Source: Pseudomonadota bacterium
Lineage (GTDB): Bacteria; Bdellovibrionota; Bdellovibrionia; Bdellovibrionales; Bdellovibrionaceae
Length of the DNA stretch: 64,000 bases
Direction: 5' to 3'
Assembly (NCBI GenBank): GCA_041178425.1
Contig: JBEGVH010000009.1
Span: forward strand, 96,001-160,000
The notes under the pieces were generated by a model. It made no database searches. It was not told where the DNA came from and saw nothing but the letters and a program-made list of their open reading frames with translations. This document shows, piece by piece, positions 1 through 9,464 of this stretch; within the stretch, counting starts at the first letter, position 1; each line of letters starts with the position of its first letter. The translations under genes were made by a program, and so were the position numbers.

Positions 1-2217
1 TGCACAACCCCCGAATCAAAAATTATTATTGTTACCGAGGCTCTTCTCTTAAGAGAGCTTCTAAAAGATCCTGAACTCTCGGAGTACGGTATTATTATTT
101 TTGACGAGTTCCACGAGAGAAACCTCTACTCGGACTCTGGCTTGGCAGCAGTGAGAGAGCTTCAACAGCTTTCTCGGCCTGATTTAAAAATAATAGTGAT
201 GTCGGCCACGATCGACGCAAATCCGCTCCTGAGCTACCTTAATCCTGCCCGTTTAATTGAGGTTCCCGGTCGTACATTCCCAGTAGACATTTTCTACGAT
301 CAGCAATCCCAACTGCTTAATACCGATCGCCTCTTTATAGAACGGGTGACAAACAAAATCGTGGAGGCCCATTCGAACACTGAACAAGATAAACATATTT
401 TAGTTTTCTTGCCTGGCTTAAGTGAAATTCAGCGAGTGGAAGAAGCTTTAAAAAATAAACCCAACTTGGTGGCACAAAGAAGACTTTGCCGACTCCACGG
501 TAGCCTTTCCCTCGATGAGCAACACTCGGTACTCCAAACCGATGATGCAAAGATCATCCTCGCCACGAATGTGGCCGAAACCAGTCTAACAATCGATGGC
601 GTAACAACGGTAGTTGATAGCGGTCTAGCCAGAGAACTCCAAAATGATCAACGCCGTTTGTATCCTTGGCTAAAGACCACTCGTATCAGTCGCGCTTCGG
701 CCGAACAACGAAAGGGCCGAGCCGGCCGTCAAAACGCTGGCCGCTGTTATCGGTTATGGACCAAACTCGATGATCAATCCATGCCCCCTTTTGCTGCCCC
801 TGATATTTTAACTCAAGATTTAAGTGAACTCCTGCTCGTGCTATTGCAACTCGGAGTCTCGGATCCACAATCCTTTACCTGGTTCGAACAACCGCCTCAA
901 ATAAACCTAGAGAGATCCCTTCAGTTTTTATTACAACTAGAGTTGATTGCTAAAAAAGAGAATATTTTTGAGCTTACAGAAAAAGGCCGCTGGATTCAGC
1001 GATTGCCATTGAATCCACGCTTGGGAGCTGTTCTCTATCAGGGTGCTCAGACACAACAAATTATTTTAGCGGCCCAGATTGGTGCCCTATTGAATGAACG
1101 TGATCCCTGGGGAAGAGAGTCTCTCGATTCGTGGCAATCGAGCAGTGAGGATTCTGATTTGATTCCGCGCTTGTCGGCCCTCAACCAAAAGCCTCTCCCT
1201 AGAGAATTTTCGCTCGTTGAAAAAGTCGCCCAACAACTCTGCCGACAACTCTCCGTCGCCTATCGAAAACTCGATCATTTTTCGGTGCAGGAGATTACTG
1301 ATCTTTTAATCTCTGGTTTCGCAGATCGTATCGGCCGTCGTCGCCGCTCAAAGGAAACGGCGGGGCTCGTGATTGGCCAAAGGGGGGTCGAGCTTTCACA
1401 ACGCTCTTTAGTTAGAGCCGCAGACTTTTTCATTTCTCTGACGGGCCACGCCAACGAATCCAATGGCAATGCGGTTGTTGATCTCGCTCACCCATTAACT
1501 AAAAGCTATTTGATTCAAAAATTCTCAAATCGAATTCAATTAAAAAAGGAAGCACAATTTTTTCCAGAAAAAGACTCCTGGATGAGCGTCGAACAAAAGA
1601 CCCTCGACGATCTTCCCATCGAAGAGCCCTCCTTTAGACCCCTTGAGCTCAATAGCGAAAACCTGATACCGATTGCCAAAGACGCCTTTCAAAAGTGGAA
1701 GCAAACCTTACCTATCCTGGTTCAGCTCTTCGAACGTCTCCAATGGGCCAAGCGCCTTTGGCCTGATAAGAACTGGCCCGAAGGAGCCCAATGGGAAAAT
1801 GATTTGATTGAGATGGCTTGTCTTGGAGAAACAAGTCTTCAAGCCATCAAAGACAAAGATTGGAACGACCTACTATTGCTTCAACTCTCGGCCTCAGAAA
1901 AAAGACTCTTGCGTGACGAACTTCCGGAGAAACTTGTCTCTCCACGAGGACGCCCCTTCTCGTTAGTCTATGAAACTAACGGAAACGTGAGTGTCGAATT
2001 GAAGATTCAAGAGGCCTATGGCTGGAAAGACACTCCAACCATTGCTCAAACTCGCGTGAAGGTTCGCATGATCTTACTAGGACCACACATGCGCCCCTTA
2101 CAAACCACCGACGATCTTGCCTCGTTCTGGAAAGGCACTTACCAAGAGCTCCGCCCTTCACTCAAAGCCAGATACCCCAAACACCAGTGGCCCGAAGACC
2201 CATCGGCATTAGGATAA
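1..2217 (+). CDS. hrpB: ATP-dependent RNA helicase HrpB (5' end outside window)
   Basis: Frame is open from base 1 (CTTPESKIIIVTEALL...IIFDEFHER). Contains the DEFH box, MSAT, LATNVAETSLTI, QRKGRAGR and the HrpB C-terminal 'PLQTTDDLASFWKGTY...RYPKHQWPEDP'. Confidence 0.95.
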   Translation, partial: CTTPESKIIIVTEALLLRELLKDPELSEYGIIIFDEFHERNLYSDSGLAAVRELQQLSRPDLKIIVMSATIDANPLLSYLNPARLIEVPGRTFPVDIFYDQQSQLLNTDRLFIERVTNKIVEAHSNTEQDKHILVFLPGLSEIQRVEEALKNKPNLVAQRRLCRLHGSLSLDEQHSVLQTDDAKIILATNVAETSLTIDGVTTVVDSGLARELQNDQRRLYPWLKTTRISRASAEQRKGRAGRQNAGRCYRLWTKLDDQSMPPFAAPDILTQDLSELLLVLLQLGVSDPQSFTWFEQPPQINLERSLQFLLQLELIAKKENIFELTEKGRWIQRLPLNPRLGAVLYQGAQTQQIILAAQIGALLNERDPWGRESLDSWQSSSEDSDLIPRLSALNQKPLPREFSLVEKVAQQLCRQLSVAYRKLDHFSVQEITDLLISGFADRIGRRRRSKETAGLVIGQRGVELSQRSLVRAADFFISLTGHANESNGNAVVDLAHPLTKSYLIQKFSNRIQLKKEAQFFPEKDSWMSVEQKTLDDLPIEEPSFRPLELNSENLIPIAKDAFQKWKQTLPILVQLFERLQWAKRLWPDKNWPEGAQWENDLIEMACLGETSLQAIKDKDWNDLLLLQLSASEKRLLRDELPEKLVSPRGRPFSLVYETNGNVSVELKIQEAYGWKDTPTIAQTRVKVRMILLGPHMRPLQTTDDLASFWKGTYQELRPSLKARYPKHQWPEDPSALG

Positions 2218-2224
2218 GAGCAAA

Positions 2225-2240
2225 CCTCCTCAAAAGGAGG
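2225..2240. terminator. short hairpin between convergent genes (possible terminator)
   Basis: CCTCCT-CAAA-AGGAGG just after the hrpB stop; U-tract is weak. Confidence 0.3.
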
Positions 2241-2275
2241 AATTCAGGCTCCGACGAGCAAGAGACGTTGGTAGA

Positions 2276-4096
2276 TCACAATTTGCCTTGAGTCATGGAA
2301 CAAGAGCCCCACGTCTCCTTGGTTTCGGGAATGCATTCTAACAAGTTGGAAATTTCGCGATTATAAAGAGCCAAGCGGCGCATGCGGCTTTCTGGGTGCG
2401 GAGCAATCGAGTAGCTTTTTTCGATGTTTAAGAGGGTGCCGGCTTCTTGCCGCACGCTCGGGCGATCGCAGAGATCAGCCAAGGCTAAGGCTGACGCCTC
2501 CCGTTTTTCTTCGAGCTTTGATTTCGTCTTCAAGAAGCGTTGAAATAACCGAAACGACATCCAATCTGCAAACTTCTCATCGATGTTTCGGGCCATTCCG
2601 TTGCGCACAAAAGCAGGACAATATTGACCACAAGAATAATAGATCTCTTCGAGAAGGAGGACCAAGACGTGTTGAGTGGTTTCGATAGAAGATCGAAATA
2701 CTTGTTCTCGTTCACCAAGGCTTTTTTTTGTGAAGTATTCGGTAATTGGCACCTCACTTTTTTTTGCTTCGTGCTCACAACGAATGGCTTGGTAAAAAAT
2801 TTCTGCTGTCGCCGGATGGGATCTCGTTTTCTTATTGTTCGGGGTATAGCCCTTGCTTGACATCTCTGATGCAAAAACATCGGGATCCAAGAAGAAGGGA
2901 TTCTTTTTTTCGCGACCAAACTCTTCGTAATTTGGGATGACCATAGAACTAAACAAGTTACGATTAGATAAAAAATCCATCGAATCAACGATGTCTTCTT
3001 CAATTTTACGACTCACCTCCATCGGATCAAAAGCTTTCTTGAGCGGCCGGCCTTCATCTAAACAATCTGCTAAACTATCAAAAGGGAGAGCCTTTTTTAC
3101 TTTTTCAATCTTGGCAACTTCAAGCTCAGTCACCATTTTGTTCCACTGGTCGCAAGTCAAAGGTTTGTTTTTCACCCCAATCAGCGGTCGTAGAACTTTG
3201 GTTCTTGGCCCATTTTCTTTGAGCCAAGCCAAATTATAACTCGAGGGATCCACACTGTGCGATAACTCGTGAGCAAGAATAATATAAATCGCAGATTCTG
3301 ACTTCAAACTATTGAAGAGTCCCGCACAAACCGTAATTTTATTATAACTTGGGTGATAATAGGCATTAATAGTCGATTCGGCACAGTCTTTACGCCCATC
3401 GAAAGTTTCGAGATCTTGAAAAGGCAGAGTCAACTCAACCCGTTGAACTCTTGCAATAAGAAAATTCTTAAAATCCTCCGCAAAAGGAAACTCAGTCACT
3501 TCACTGATCAGATCCTTTTTGATCCCCTCAAAAAATTTTTTCACTCGCAACCAATGAGGATGCTTATCATACTTGGCCAATGTGATTTGATCGACCAATT
3601 GATAGTACTCTCTGTTGATCAAACTGTTTTCTATTTGTGTTCTATCGGCCAAGCGAGTTTTCCGAAGCTCAGGAGATTTCTTGATGGCTCTATCCTGTGC
3701 CACATCAGAAAGCATCTGATTCCAGAGGGTCTCCCAACGATGATACTGTCGGGCCCATTGAATCGTTTCAGACTCCGATTTTAAAATCATCGAAAGACGC
3801 GCTATTAAGGGAGCGGCCTGTTTTTTTAGATCTTCGGGCAGAGAAGATTCAGCGGTGATTAAGGCCCGCAGATCTGTCAGAGTTGAAAGGTTCACGAGCC
3901 GACTTTTCTTTGATCGTCCGAGCATGATTTCGCCATCGAAGGCAGAGAGATTTCCTTGGTGTTTGGCATCCCAAAGTTGGTTACAAAGATCGTCGGTGAT
4001 CGAGGAACAGAGTGGTTTCTGTTTAACAGACGCCTCTGCCCCCGTAACCATTGAAAACAATAGAATCAAACATCCAATTAAAACAGTCGATCTCAT
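2276..4096 (-). CDS. secreted zinc metallopeptidase-like protein (M13/M48-like gluzincin)
   Basis: N-terminal signal peptide; INAYY, ILAHELSH (HExxH), distal DEKFAD and C-terminal PHPESRMR. Confidence 0.65.
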   Translation of the reverse strand: MRSTVLIGCLILLFSMVTGAEASVKQKPLCSSITDDLCNQLWDAKHQGNLSAFDGEIMLGRSKKSRLVNLSTLTDLRALITAESSLPEDLKKQAAPLIARLSMILKSESETIQWARQYHRWETLWNQMLSDVAQDRAIKKSPELRKTRLADRTQIENSLINREYYQLVDQITLAKYDKHPHWLRVKKFFEGIKKDLISEVTEFPFAEDFKNFLIARVQRVELTLPFQDLETFDGRKDCAESTINAYYHPSYNKITVCAGLFNSLKSESAIYIILAHELSHSVDPSSYNLAWLKENGPRTKVLRPLIGVKNKPLTCDQWNKMVTELEVAKIEKVKKALPFDSLADCLDEGRPLKKAFDPMEVSRKIEEDIVDSMDFLSNRNLFSSMVIPNYEEFGREKKNPFFLDPDVFASEMSSKGYTPNNKKTRSHPATAEIFYQAIRCEHEAKKSEVPITEYFTKKSLGEREQVFRSSIETTQHVLVLLLEEIYYSCGQYCPAFVRNGMARNIDEKFADWMSFRLFQRFLKTKSKLEEKREASALALADLCDRPSVRQEAGTLLNIEKSYSIAPHPESRMRRLALYNREISNLLECIPETKETWGSCSMTQGKL

Positions 4097-4098
4097 GC

Positions 4099-5139
4099 TT
4101 ATCTGTACTGTTTACCCCATCCACCCATAGGCTGAGTTAAACGGCGCCCCCAGAGAAATAATAAGATAAGTCCTACTATGAACATGGCCCCACTGAGCAT
4201 TTGCCCTCTGGTTAAGCCAAAATCATTAAACCCAATTTGAGCATCGGGCATACGAAAGTGTTCATCGAAAATACGAATGATGGCGTAAAAGATAACAAAA
4301 CAAGCCGCCACCACGCCTGGATTGCGCGGCTTGTACCAAACGGCCCCTAGCAAAACAAATAATAACACACCCTCAGTGGCCGCAGCATAAAGTTGCGAAG
4401 GATGGCGAAGCAATAAAAGCGGCGCTAAAGCATCAGTCACGGCTGTATTTCCCTCTTGAATCGACAAAACGATTTTATTGAGCGCCTCGAATAAAGACAT
4501 TTGTGCCGTACCGTTAGTATGACTCTTATCAATCAAATTAAGCCAAGTCTCTTTACTCATTCCCAACTTTTCAACCACAGGAGCTAATTCTGGTAACTTC
4601 GCCGGAGACTGACTTGGCCAAAGAAAAATATCAGAAGGAAATTTCACACCCAAAGGAAAACCCGGATCGCATGGACGACCAACTAATTCACCATTTATAA
4701 AATTGGCAAGACGCCCAAAGAAAATACCGATGGGTCCACAAATCGCAACCCAATCAAAAAGATGCAGGGTATTCAATCGATTGGCTCTTGCAAAAAGAAC
4801 GCAAGCCACAACAAGACCGATCATTCCACCGTGAGAGGCCATGCCCCCTTCATTGACAGCCAGCAAGCCCCAAAAGGGAGGATTACTTTTGAACTGCCAA
4901 AGTAAGTCAGGACTATAAAAAATCACGTAACCGATTCGCCCGCCAACGAGAATTCCAATCGCACAATAGGTAATAAAATCAGAGACGAGGCGCAATGGAA
5001 TTTGCGCCTTATTTCGAGAAGCCATAAACGAGATGAGTAGAAAAGCACAAACGAACCCAGCCAGGTAAGCCATCCCATACCATCGAACACCAATTGTAGA
5101 CGTAATTTGCCATAGGAAGGGATCAAAAGTGTGTACCAT
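4099..5139 (-). CDS. lgt: prolipoprotein diacylglyceryl transferase
   Basis: VRWYG, GGRIGY, GGMASHGG, GRLANFINGEL, RHPSQLY. Start placed at ATG 5139 behind GAGAGG. Confidence 0.96.
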   Translation of the reverse strand: MVHTFDPFLWQITSTIGVRWYGMAYLAGFVCAFLLISFMASRNKAQIPLRLVSDFITYCAIGILVGGRIGYVIFYSPDLLWQFKSNPPFWGLLAVNEGGMASHGGMIGLVVACVLFARANRLNTLHLFDWVAICGPIGIFFGRLANFINGELVGRPCDPGFPLGVKFPSDIFLWPSQSPAKLPELAPVVEKLGMSKETWLNLIDKSHTNGTAQMSLFEALNKIVLSIQEGNTAVTDALAPLLLLRHPSQLYAAATEGVLLFVLLGAVWYKPRNPGVVAACFVIFYAIIRIFDEHFRMPDAQIGFNDFGLTRGQMLSGAMFIVGLILLFLWGRRLTQPMGGWGKQYR

Positions 5140-5376
5140 ATTGCCTCTCGTTTGGCAGAATCTCACATTTCATGGTCGATTGAGTCGGAGAACTGCCGAC
5201 CTCTATTCAAAACGCAACCCGGAGTCATTGGCAAGTAAGAATTGAATGTCATTCATTGAATCTTCCAAACATTGACTGCCAGTTGTTCTCTATAGTTTTT
5301 ATGGAGTATCGAAACGAAATTGCCTCTATCGAGCACCGCTTGTGTGTGGCTTTACGGAAAAGAAACAGCTTCCATT

Positions 5377-5907
5377 TTAACGTGGATACACCTTTTGATA
5401 CATGGCAATAGCTTGACGAATGATATCAAGGGCTTTGTCTTTACCCAAAAAATCCTTCACTTTGACCTGCTTTTTTTCGAGAGCTTTGTAGTCTTCAAAA
5501 AAGCGCTTTATTTCGATCATTCGATGACGAGGCAGCTCTTTCAACGAAGCGTAGTCTCTGTATTCGGGGTCATTGGCGTGAACAGCAATTATTTTATCGT
5601 CGGCCTCCCCTTGATCAACCATCTTCATCACCCCGATGGGACGAGCAATCATGATCGTAAGAGGGTAAACAGGCTCCTGCCCAAGAACTAGGATATCGAG
5701 GGGGTCGTTATCCTCGCAAAGAGTTTGAGGTATGAAACCGTAGTTGGCCGGGTACTGAACCGAACTATAAAGCACACGGTCTACCTTGATGAGTCCACTT
5801 TGCTTATCCAGCTCGTATTTGTTCTTGGAACCTTTTGGAACCTCGATGACCGCCGGAAGTAATTCTGGAGCCCGAGAACCTAATGATACACCATGCCATG
5901 GATGCAT
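5377..5907 (-). CDS. ppa: family I inorganic pyrophosphatase
   Basis: [45 protein letters not shown]. Confidence 0.97.
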   Translation of the reverse strand: MHPWHGVSLGSRAPELLPAVIEVPKGSKNKYELDKQSGLIKVDRVLYSSVQYPANYGFIPQTLCEDNDPLDILVLGQEPVYPLTIMIARPIGVMKMVDQGEADDKIIAVHANDPEYRDYASLKELPRHRMIEIKRFFEDYKALEKKQVKVKDFLGKDKALDIIRQAIAMYQKVYPR

Positions 5908-5988
5908 ACCATTCCTCCTAAATAGAGTGTAAAACGAGTTGTGGGTTCACCCGAACTCGCACTTGTATTTTTTCATCTTAAGGAGCCC

Positions 5989-6603
5989 ATGGCAACTTTG
6001 AATAAAATCTTCTTTCGAGGTCTAGTCACACTCATCCCTATCGCTGTGACATTCTATTTACTTTTCTGGATTGTGTCCGTCATGGAAGGCCTTGTGGGTC
6101 ACATCCTTCGCCTTTTAATGCCCGACGGTTTTTATATCCCAGGCCTAGGAGTGATAGCGACCTTAGTCTTGATCCTCATTTTTGGTCTCGTTCTAAATAA
6201 TTTCGTTATGAGTGAGCTTATGGAGCGAGCCGAAAGGAAACTAAAATCGATTCCTTTTTTTAAAGCTATTTACTCTCCGCTTCGTGATTTAATGAACCTC
6301 TTCTCAAAAAGTGGCGCATCAGGAATGAAGAGCGTAGTTCTCGTCGAGGTGGCACAGGGAACAAAAATTCTAGGCGTCGTGACACGGGAGGATTTCTCCG
6401 ACATGCCCCAAAGTCTCCGCGAACAATCTCTGGTCGCGGTTTATTGCCCTTGGAGTTACGGAATGGGCGGATTTACTCTTCTTGTTCCACGAACTAAAAT
6501 TGAGCCCATCGATTTACCCATCGAAAAAGCCATGAGCCTCGCTATTACTGGTTGGGTGAAGGTTGACTCAAAAATCACCAAGGAAATGGAGAATCGTCAG
6601 TGA
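5989..6603 (+). CDS. DUF502 family membrane protein
   Basis: FFRGLVTLIPIAVT, two TM segments, IPFFKAIYS, VVLVE, VAVYCP. AAGGAG RBS before ATG 5989. Confidence 0.85.
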   Translation: MATLNKIFFRGLVTLIPIAVTFYLLFWIVSVMEGLVGHILRLLMPDGFYIPGLGVIATLVLILIFGLVLNNFVMSELMERAERKLKSIPFFKAIYSPLRDLMNLFSKSGASGMKSVVLVEVAQGTKILGVVTREDFSDMPQSLREQSLVAVYCPWSYGMGGFTLLVPRTKIEPIDLPIEKAMSLAITGWVKVDSKITKEMENRQ

Positions 6604-7985
6604 ACCAACGTCGTACGACCCTCGGAAAAGCTCTCTACATCAATCAAGATCCGACGCTCTATGGAACCTTCGCTGAAATTGGTGCTGGCCAAGAAGTGGC
6701 TCGCTACTTTTTTCAGGCGGGAAAAGCATCGCAAACTATCGCCAAGACGATCTCCGCCTACGACATGACTTTCAGTGATGAAATCTACGGTCGCGAAAAA
6801 AATGGTCGCTATGTTTGTGAATCTCGACTCCAAAAAATGTTGCAAAAAGAATTCGACCTTTTGCCAGAGCGTCTTGATAAACAGAGAGGCGATCAAACCC
6901 ATTTCTTTTCCTTTGCCAGCACCGTGGCCACCAGTTCCGACAGCTCCCGTTGTCACGGCTGGATTGGACTGAGATTTCAAGCGGCTCCACATGGTCCCAC
7001 AAGCGATGTCATCTTGCATGTTCGAATGCTCGATCGGCACCGGCTTCAACAACAAGAAGTTTTGGGAATTCTTGGTGTCAATCTCCTGTTTGCATCGTTC
7101 TATTTTCGTCAGTCACCCGACGCCTTCATCGACATTCTTACCGACGAGATTAAAGATGGTCGTTTGGCCATTGACCTCATTCGTTTTTCTGGACCCGCGT
7201 TTAACCTCTTTGACGATCTTTTCGTAAACCTGGAACTGGTTCGTCGAAACCTCTGCGATGGAGCCCTCTTTGGTCCAAAACACGATCTTCTTTACTGCGG
7301 TGATGTTTTCTATCAAAAATCACTTCTTGTGGAGCGAGCGACCTTTTCTCCGCCCACTAATACGCATGTTGAGATTTTAGAAAAAGCATCTCAACAGATT
7401 CGAAACGAGCATAAAAACCAACCACTCATTGTGTGTGAAATCAGTCTTCCTGAAGCTGAACTTAGCCACTCCCATCTCACCCTTAACGAAGACATCAGAC
7501 ATCGCATTAAAATGCTAAATGGTCTTGGGTATCACGTTTTAATCTCTAGATTTACTTTATTCTTTGAACTTAAAACCTTTCTTTACCAATACACACACGA
7601 ACCGATGGGTTTTGCTGTAGGTGCATCATTTCTTGAAAAGCTTTTCGACGAAAAATTTTACGACTCCTTAGGAGGAGGCCTCCTCGAGGGCCTAGGTCGA
7701 CTCCTCGAAGACAAAACCAGCCTCTATGTTTACCCCCACAAAACAGACGAACTATGCCAAACTCTGAGCACTTTCTCTTTACAAGGGCCAGAGCAGAAAA
7801 TTTTTGATTACTTTAAACAAAAGGGCTGGATCAGAGAGCTAGGCAATTGTGAAATAGCTCAACTTTCGATCCGCTCGGCTGATATTCGTAAAAGCCTCCA
7901 AGAAGGAAAAGATGTTTCTAAATTGGTGCCAGCACCAATATTAAAATATCTTTCAGCCAACAACCTTTACCAACCCCACACCTAA
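6600..7985 (+). CDS. nucleotidyltransferase (NadD/NMNAT-like C-terminal domain) with a conserved N-terminal domain
   Basis: N-terminal YGTFAEIGAGQEVAR...AKTISAYD. C-terminal half has ATFSPPTNTH (resembles GxFxPxxxxH) and SIRSADIR...LVPAPILKYL, like the NadD terminus. Confidence 0.6.
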   Translation: MNQRRTTLGKALYINQDPTLYGTFAEIGAGQEVARYFFQAGKASQTIAKTISAYDMTFSDEIYGREKNGRYVCESRLQKMLQKEFDLLPERLDKQRGDQTHFFSFASTVATSSDSSRCHGWIGLRFQAAPHGPTSDVILHVRMLDRHRLQQQEVLGILGVNLLFASFYFRQSPDAFIDILTDEIKDGRLAIDLIRFSGPAFNLFDDLFVNLELVRRNLCDGALFGPKHDLLYCGDVFYQKSLLVERATFSPPTNTHVEILEKASQQIRNEHKNQPLIVCEISLPEAELSHSHLTLNEDIRHRIKMLNGLGYHVLISRFTLFFELKTFLYQYTHEPMGFAVGASFLEKLFDEKFYDSLGGGLLEGLGRLLEDKTSLYVYPHKTDELCQTLSTFSLQGPEQKIFDYFKQKGWIRELGNCEIAQLSIRSADIRKSLQEGKDVSKLVPAPILKYLSANNLYQPHT

Positions 7986-7994
7986 GGTGACACC

Positions 7995-8417
7995 GTGCCC
8001 TCTTTGACGATCAACCATCGGTTAGTAATTGAGGACTCTGAGCTCGAATGGTCTTACGTTCGAAGTTCAGGCCCCGGAGGGCAAAATGTGAACCGCACCA
8101 ACTCATGCGCGGTTTTGAGATGGAACTACCTTGAAAGCGAAAGTCTACGGGCTACCACACCAAGTGACACCGTGCTTGAAAAACTCAAAGCGCACGCCAC
8201 TAAAGAGGGTGACATCATTATTAAGTCGCAAACTTTTCGAGACCAAGAGCGTAACTATCAAGAGTGCTTAAATAAATTCGTGACACTTCTCAAGTCGGCT
8301 TTCCATAAACCGAAACACCGGGTGCCAACAAAACCAACTAAGTCGAGTAAGCGCCGACGCCTTGAGGGTAAAAAAATCCAGGGCGATAAAAAAACCATGC
8401 GCCGAAAAGTTTTTTAG
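7995..8417 (+). CDS. arfB: alternative ribosome rescue factor B (peptidyl-tRNA hydrolase)
   Basis: RSSGPGGQNVN (GGQ), RDQERN, basic tail RVPTKPTKSSKRRRLEGKK. Confidence 0.93.
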   Translation: MPSLTINHRLVIEDSELEWSYVRSSGPGGQNVNRTNSCAVLRWNYLESESLRATTPSDTVLEKLKAHATKEGDIIIKSQTFRDQERNYQECLNKFVTLLKSAFHKPKHRVPTKPTKSSKRRRLEGKKIQGDKKTMRRKVF

Positions 8418-8460
8418 ATAAAATAAAAAGTGTTTTAACCTTTCAAAAAAAGAGGCCACT

Positions 8461-8847
8461 GTGTCTTACACTTTTAGTAAAATTATGAAGATGCCTTTCA
8501 ATTCAGCCATTGAAAAAGTCACCCTTAGCTTAAAAGCTGAGGGTTTTGGTGTTCTCACCGATATCGACGTGCAGGCCACCATGAAGGCCAAAATTAACCA
8601 AGATATGAATGGCTATCGCATTCTTGGCGCCTGCAATCCAGCCCTTGCCTATCAAGCCATCCAAGCTGAGCCCCGCATCGGCAGCATGCTTCCCTGCAAC
8701 GTGGTGGTTAGGCAGCTCGATGGAGAATCGGTAGAGATTTCTATTATTGACCCTGTCGCTTCAATGATGGCCATCAAAAATGAAAAACTGGGTGCCATTG
8801 CCACAGAAGTGCAAGCGAAACTCAAAAAAGTGGGCGAAAGCCTCTAA
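8461..8847 (+). CDS. DUF302 domain protein
   Basis: GFGVLTDIDVQATMK...YRILGACNP...LPCNVVV. Confidence 0.9.
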   Translation: MSYTFSKIMKMPFNSAIEKVTLSLKAEGFGVLTDIDVQATMKAKINQDMNGYRILGACNPALAYQAIQAEPRIGSMLPCNVVVRQLDGESVEISIIDPVASMMAIKNEKLGAIATEVQAKLKKVGESL

Positions 8848-9425
8848 TTTTTTCCGCGAAAACGAAGACCAAAATCTTCGCAGGTAGCCGCATAAATAAC
8901 TAAATCTAGCCACTCGCCGTTTATTAATAAACGGCGTTTACTTAGGCCTTCTTTGCGGAATCCCAAACTCTTCGCTAAACGGAGAGAACGCCGATTGGCC
9001 GAGGGGATCCCCGCTTCCAATCGATGCAACTTCAAAACTCGAAAGGAAATGTCAATAACAGCCTTGCAAGCCTCCGCTGCAAAACCGTGCCCCCAATAAG
9101 GATTGTAGATTCTATATCCCAAGTAGGCATTTTGAAAAAGCCCTCGAGAAATATCCATGAGTTCCACTTCTCCCAGTAAAACACCATCGGATCTACGAAA
9201 AACTCCCCAGGAGTAGGCCTTATCTTTTTTCTGCAAATCATTTTTATTTTTTAGCAGCACTTTGAATTTTTGTAGGGTGAGCTCTGATTCATCCCAATTC
9301 GTTTCATCCCACTCATTTTGTGGATCGAGCATTGAGGAATAGGCTTGAGCCCAATTCACATAATCACGGAACTCAAGTGGGCGAAGCTCTAATCGCTTTG
9401 ATATTTTCTTTAACTGATTTTTCAT
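8844..9425 (-). CDS. GNAT N-acetyltransferase, RimJ/RimL family
   Basis: AYLGY, WGHGFAAEA, LKLHRLEA, NRRSLRLAKSLGFRKEG, GEWLD. Confidence 0.9.
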   Translation of the reverse strand: MKNQLKKISKRLELRPLEFRDYVNWAQAYSSMLDPQNEWDETNWDESELTLQKFKVLLKNKNDLQKKDKAYSWGVFRRSDGVLLGEVELMDISRGLFQNAYLGYRIYNPYWGHGFAAEACKAVIDISFRVLKLHRLEAGIPSANRRSLRLAKSLGFRKEGLSKRRLLINGEWLDLVIYAATCEDFGLRFRGKN

Positions 9426-9464
9426 TGGCTCCCTAAAAAAAATGTTAGCTTAACCCAAGCCCAC

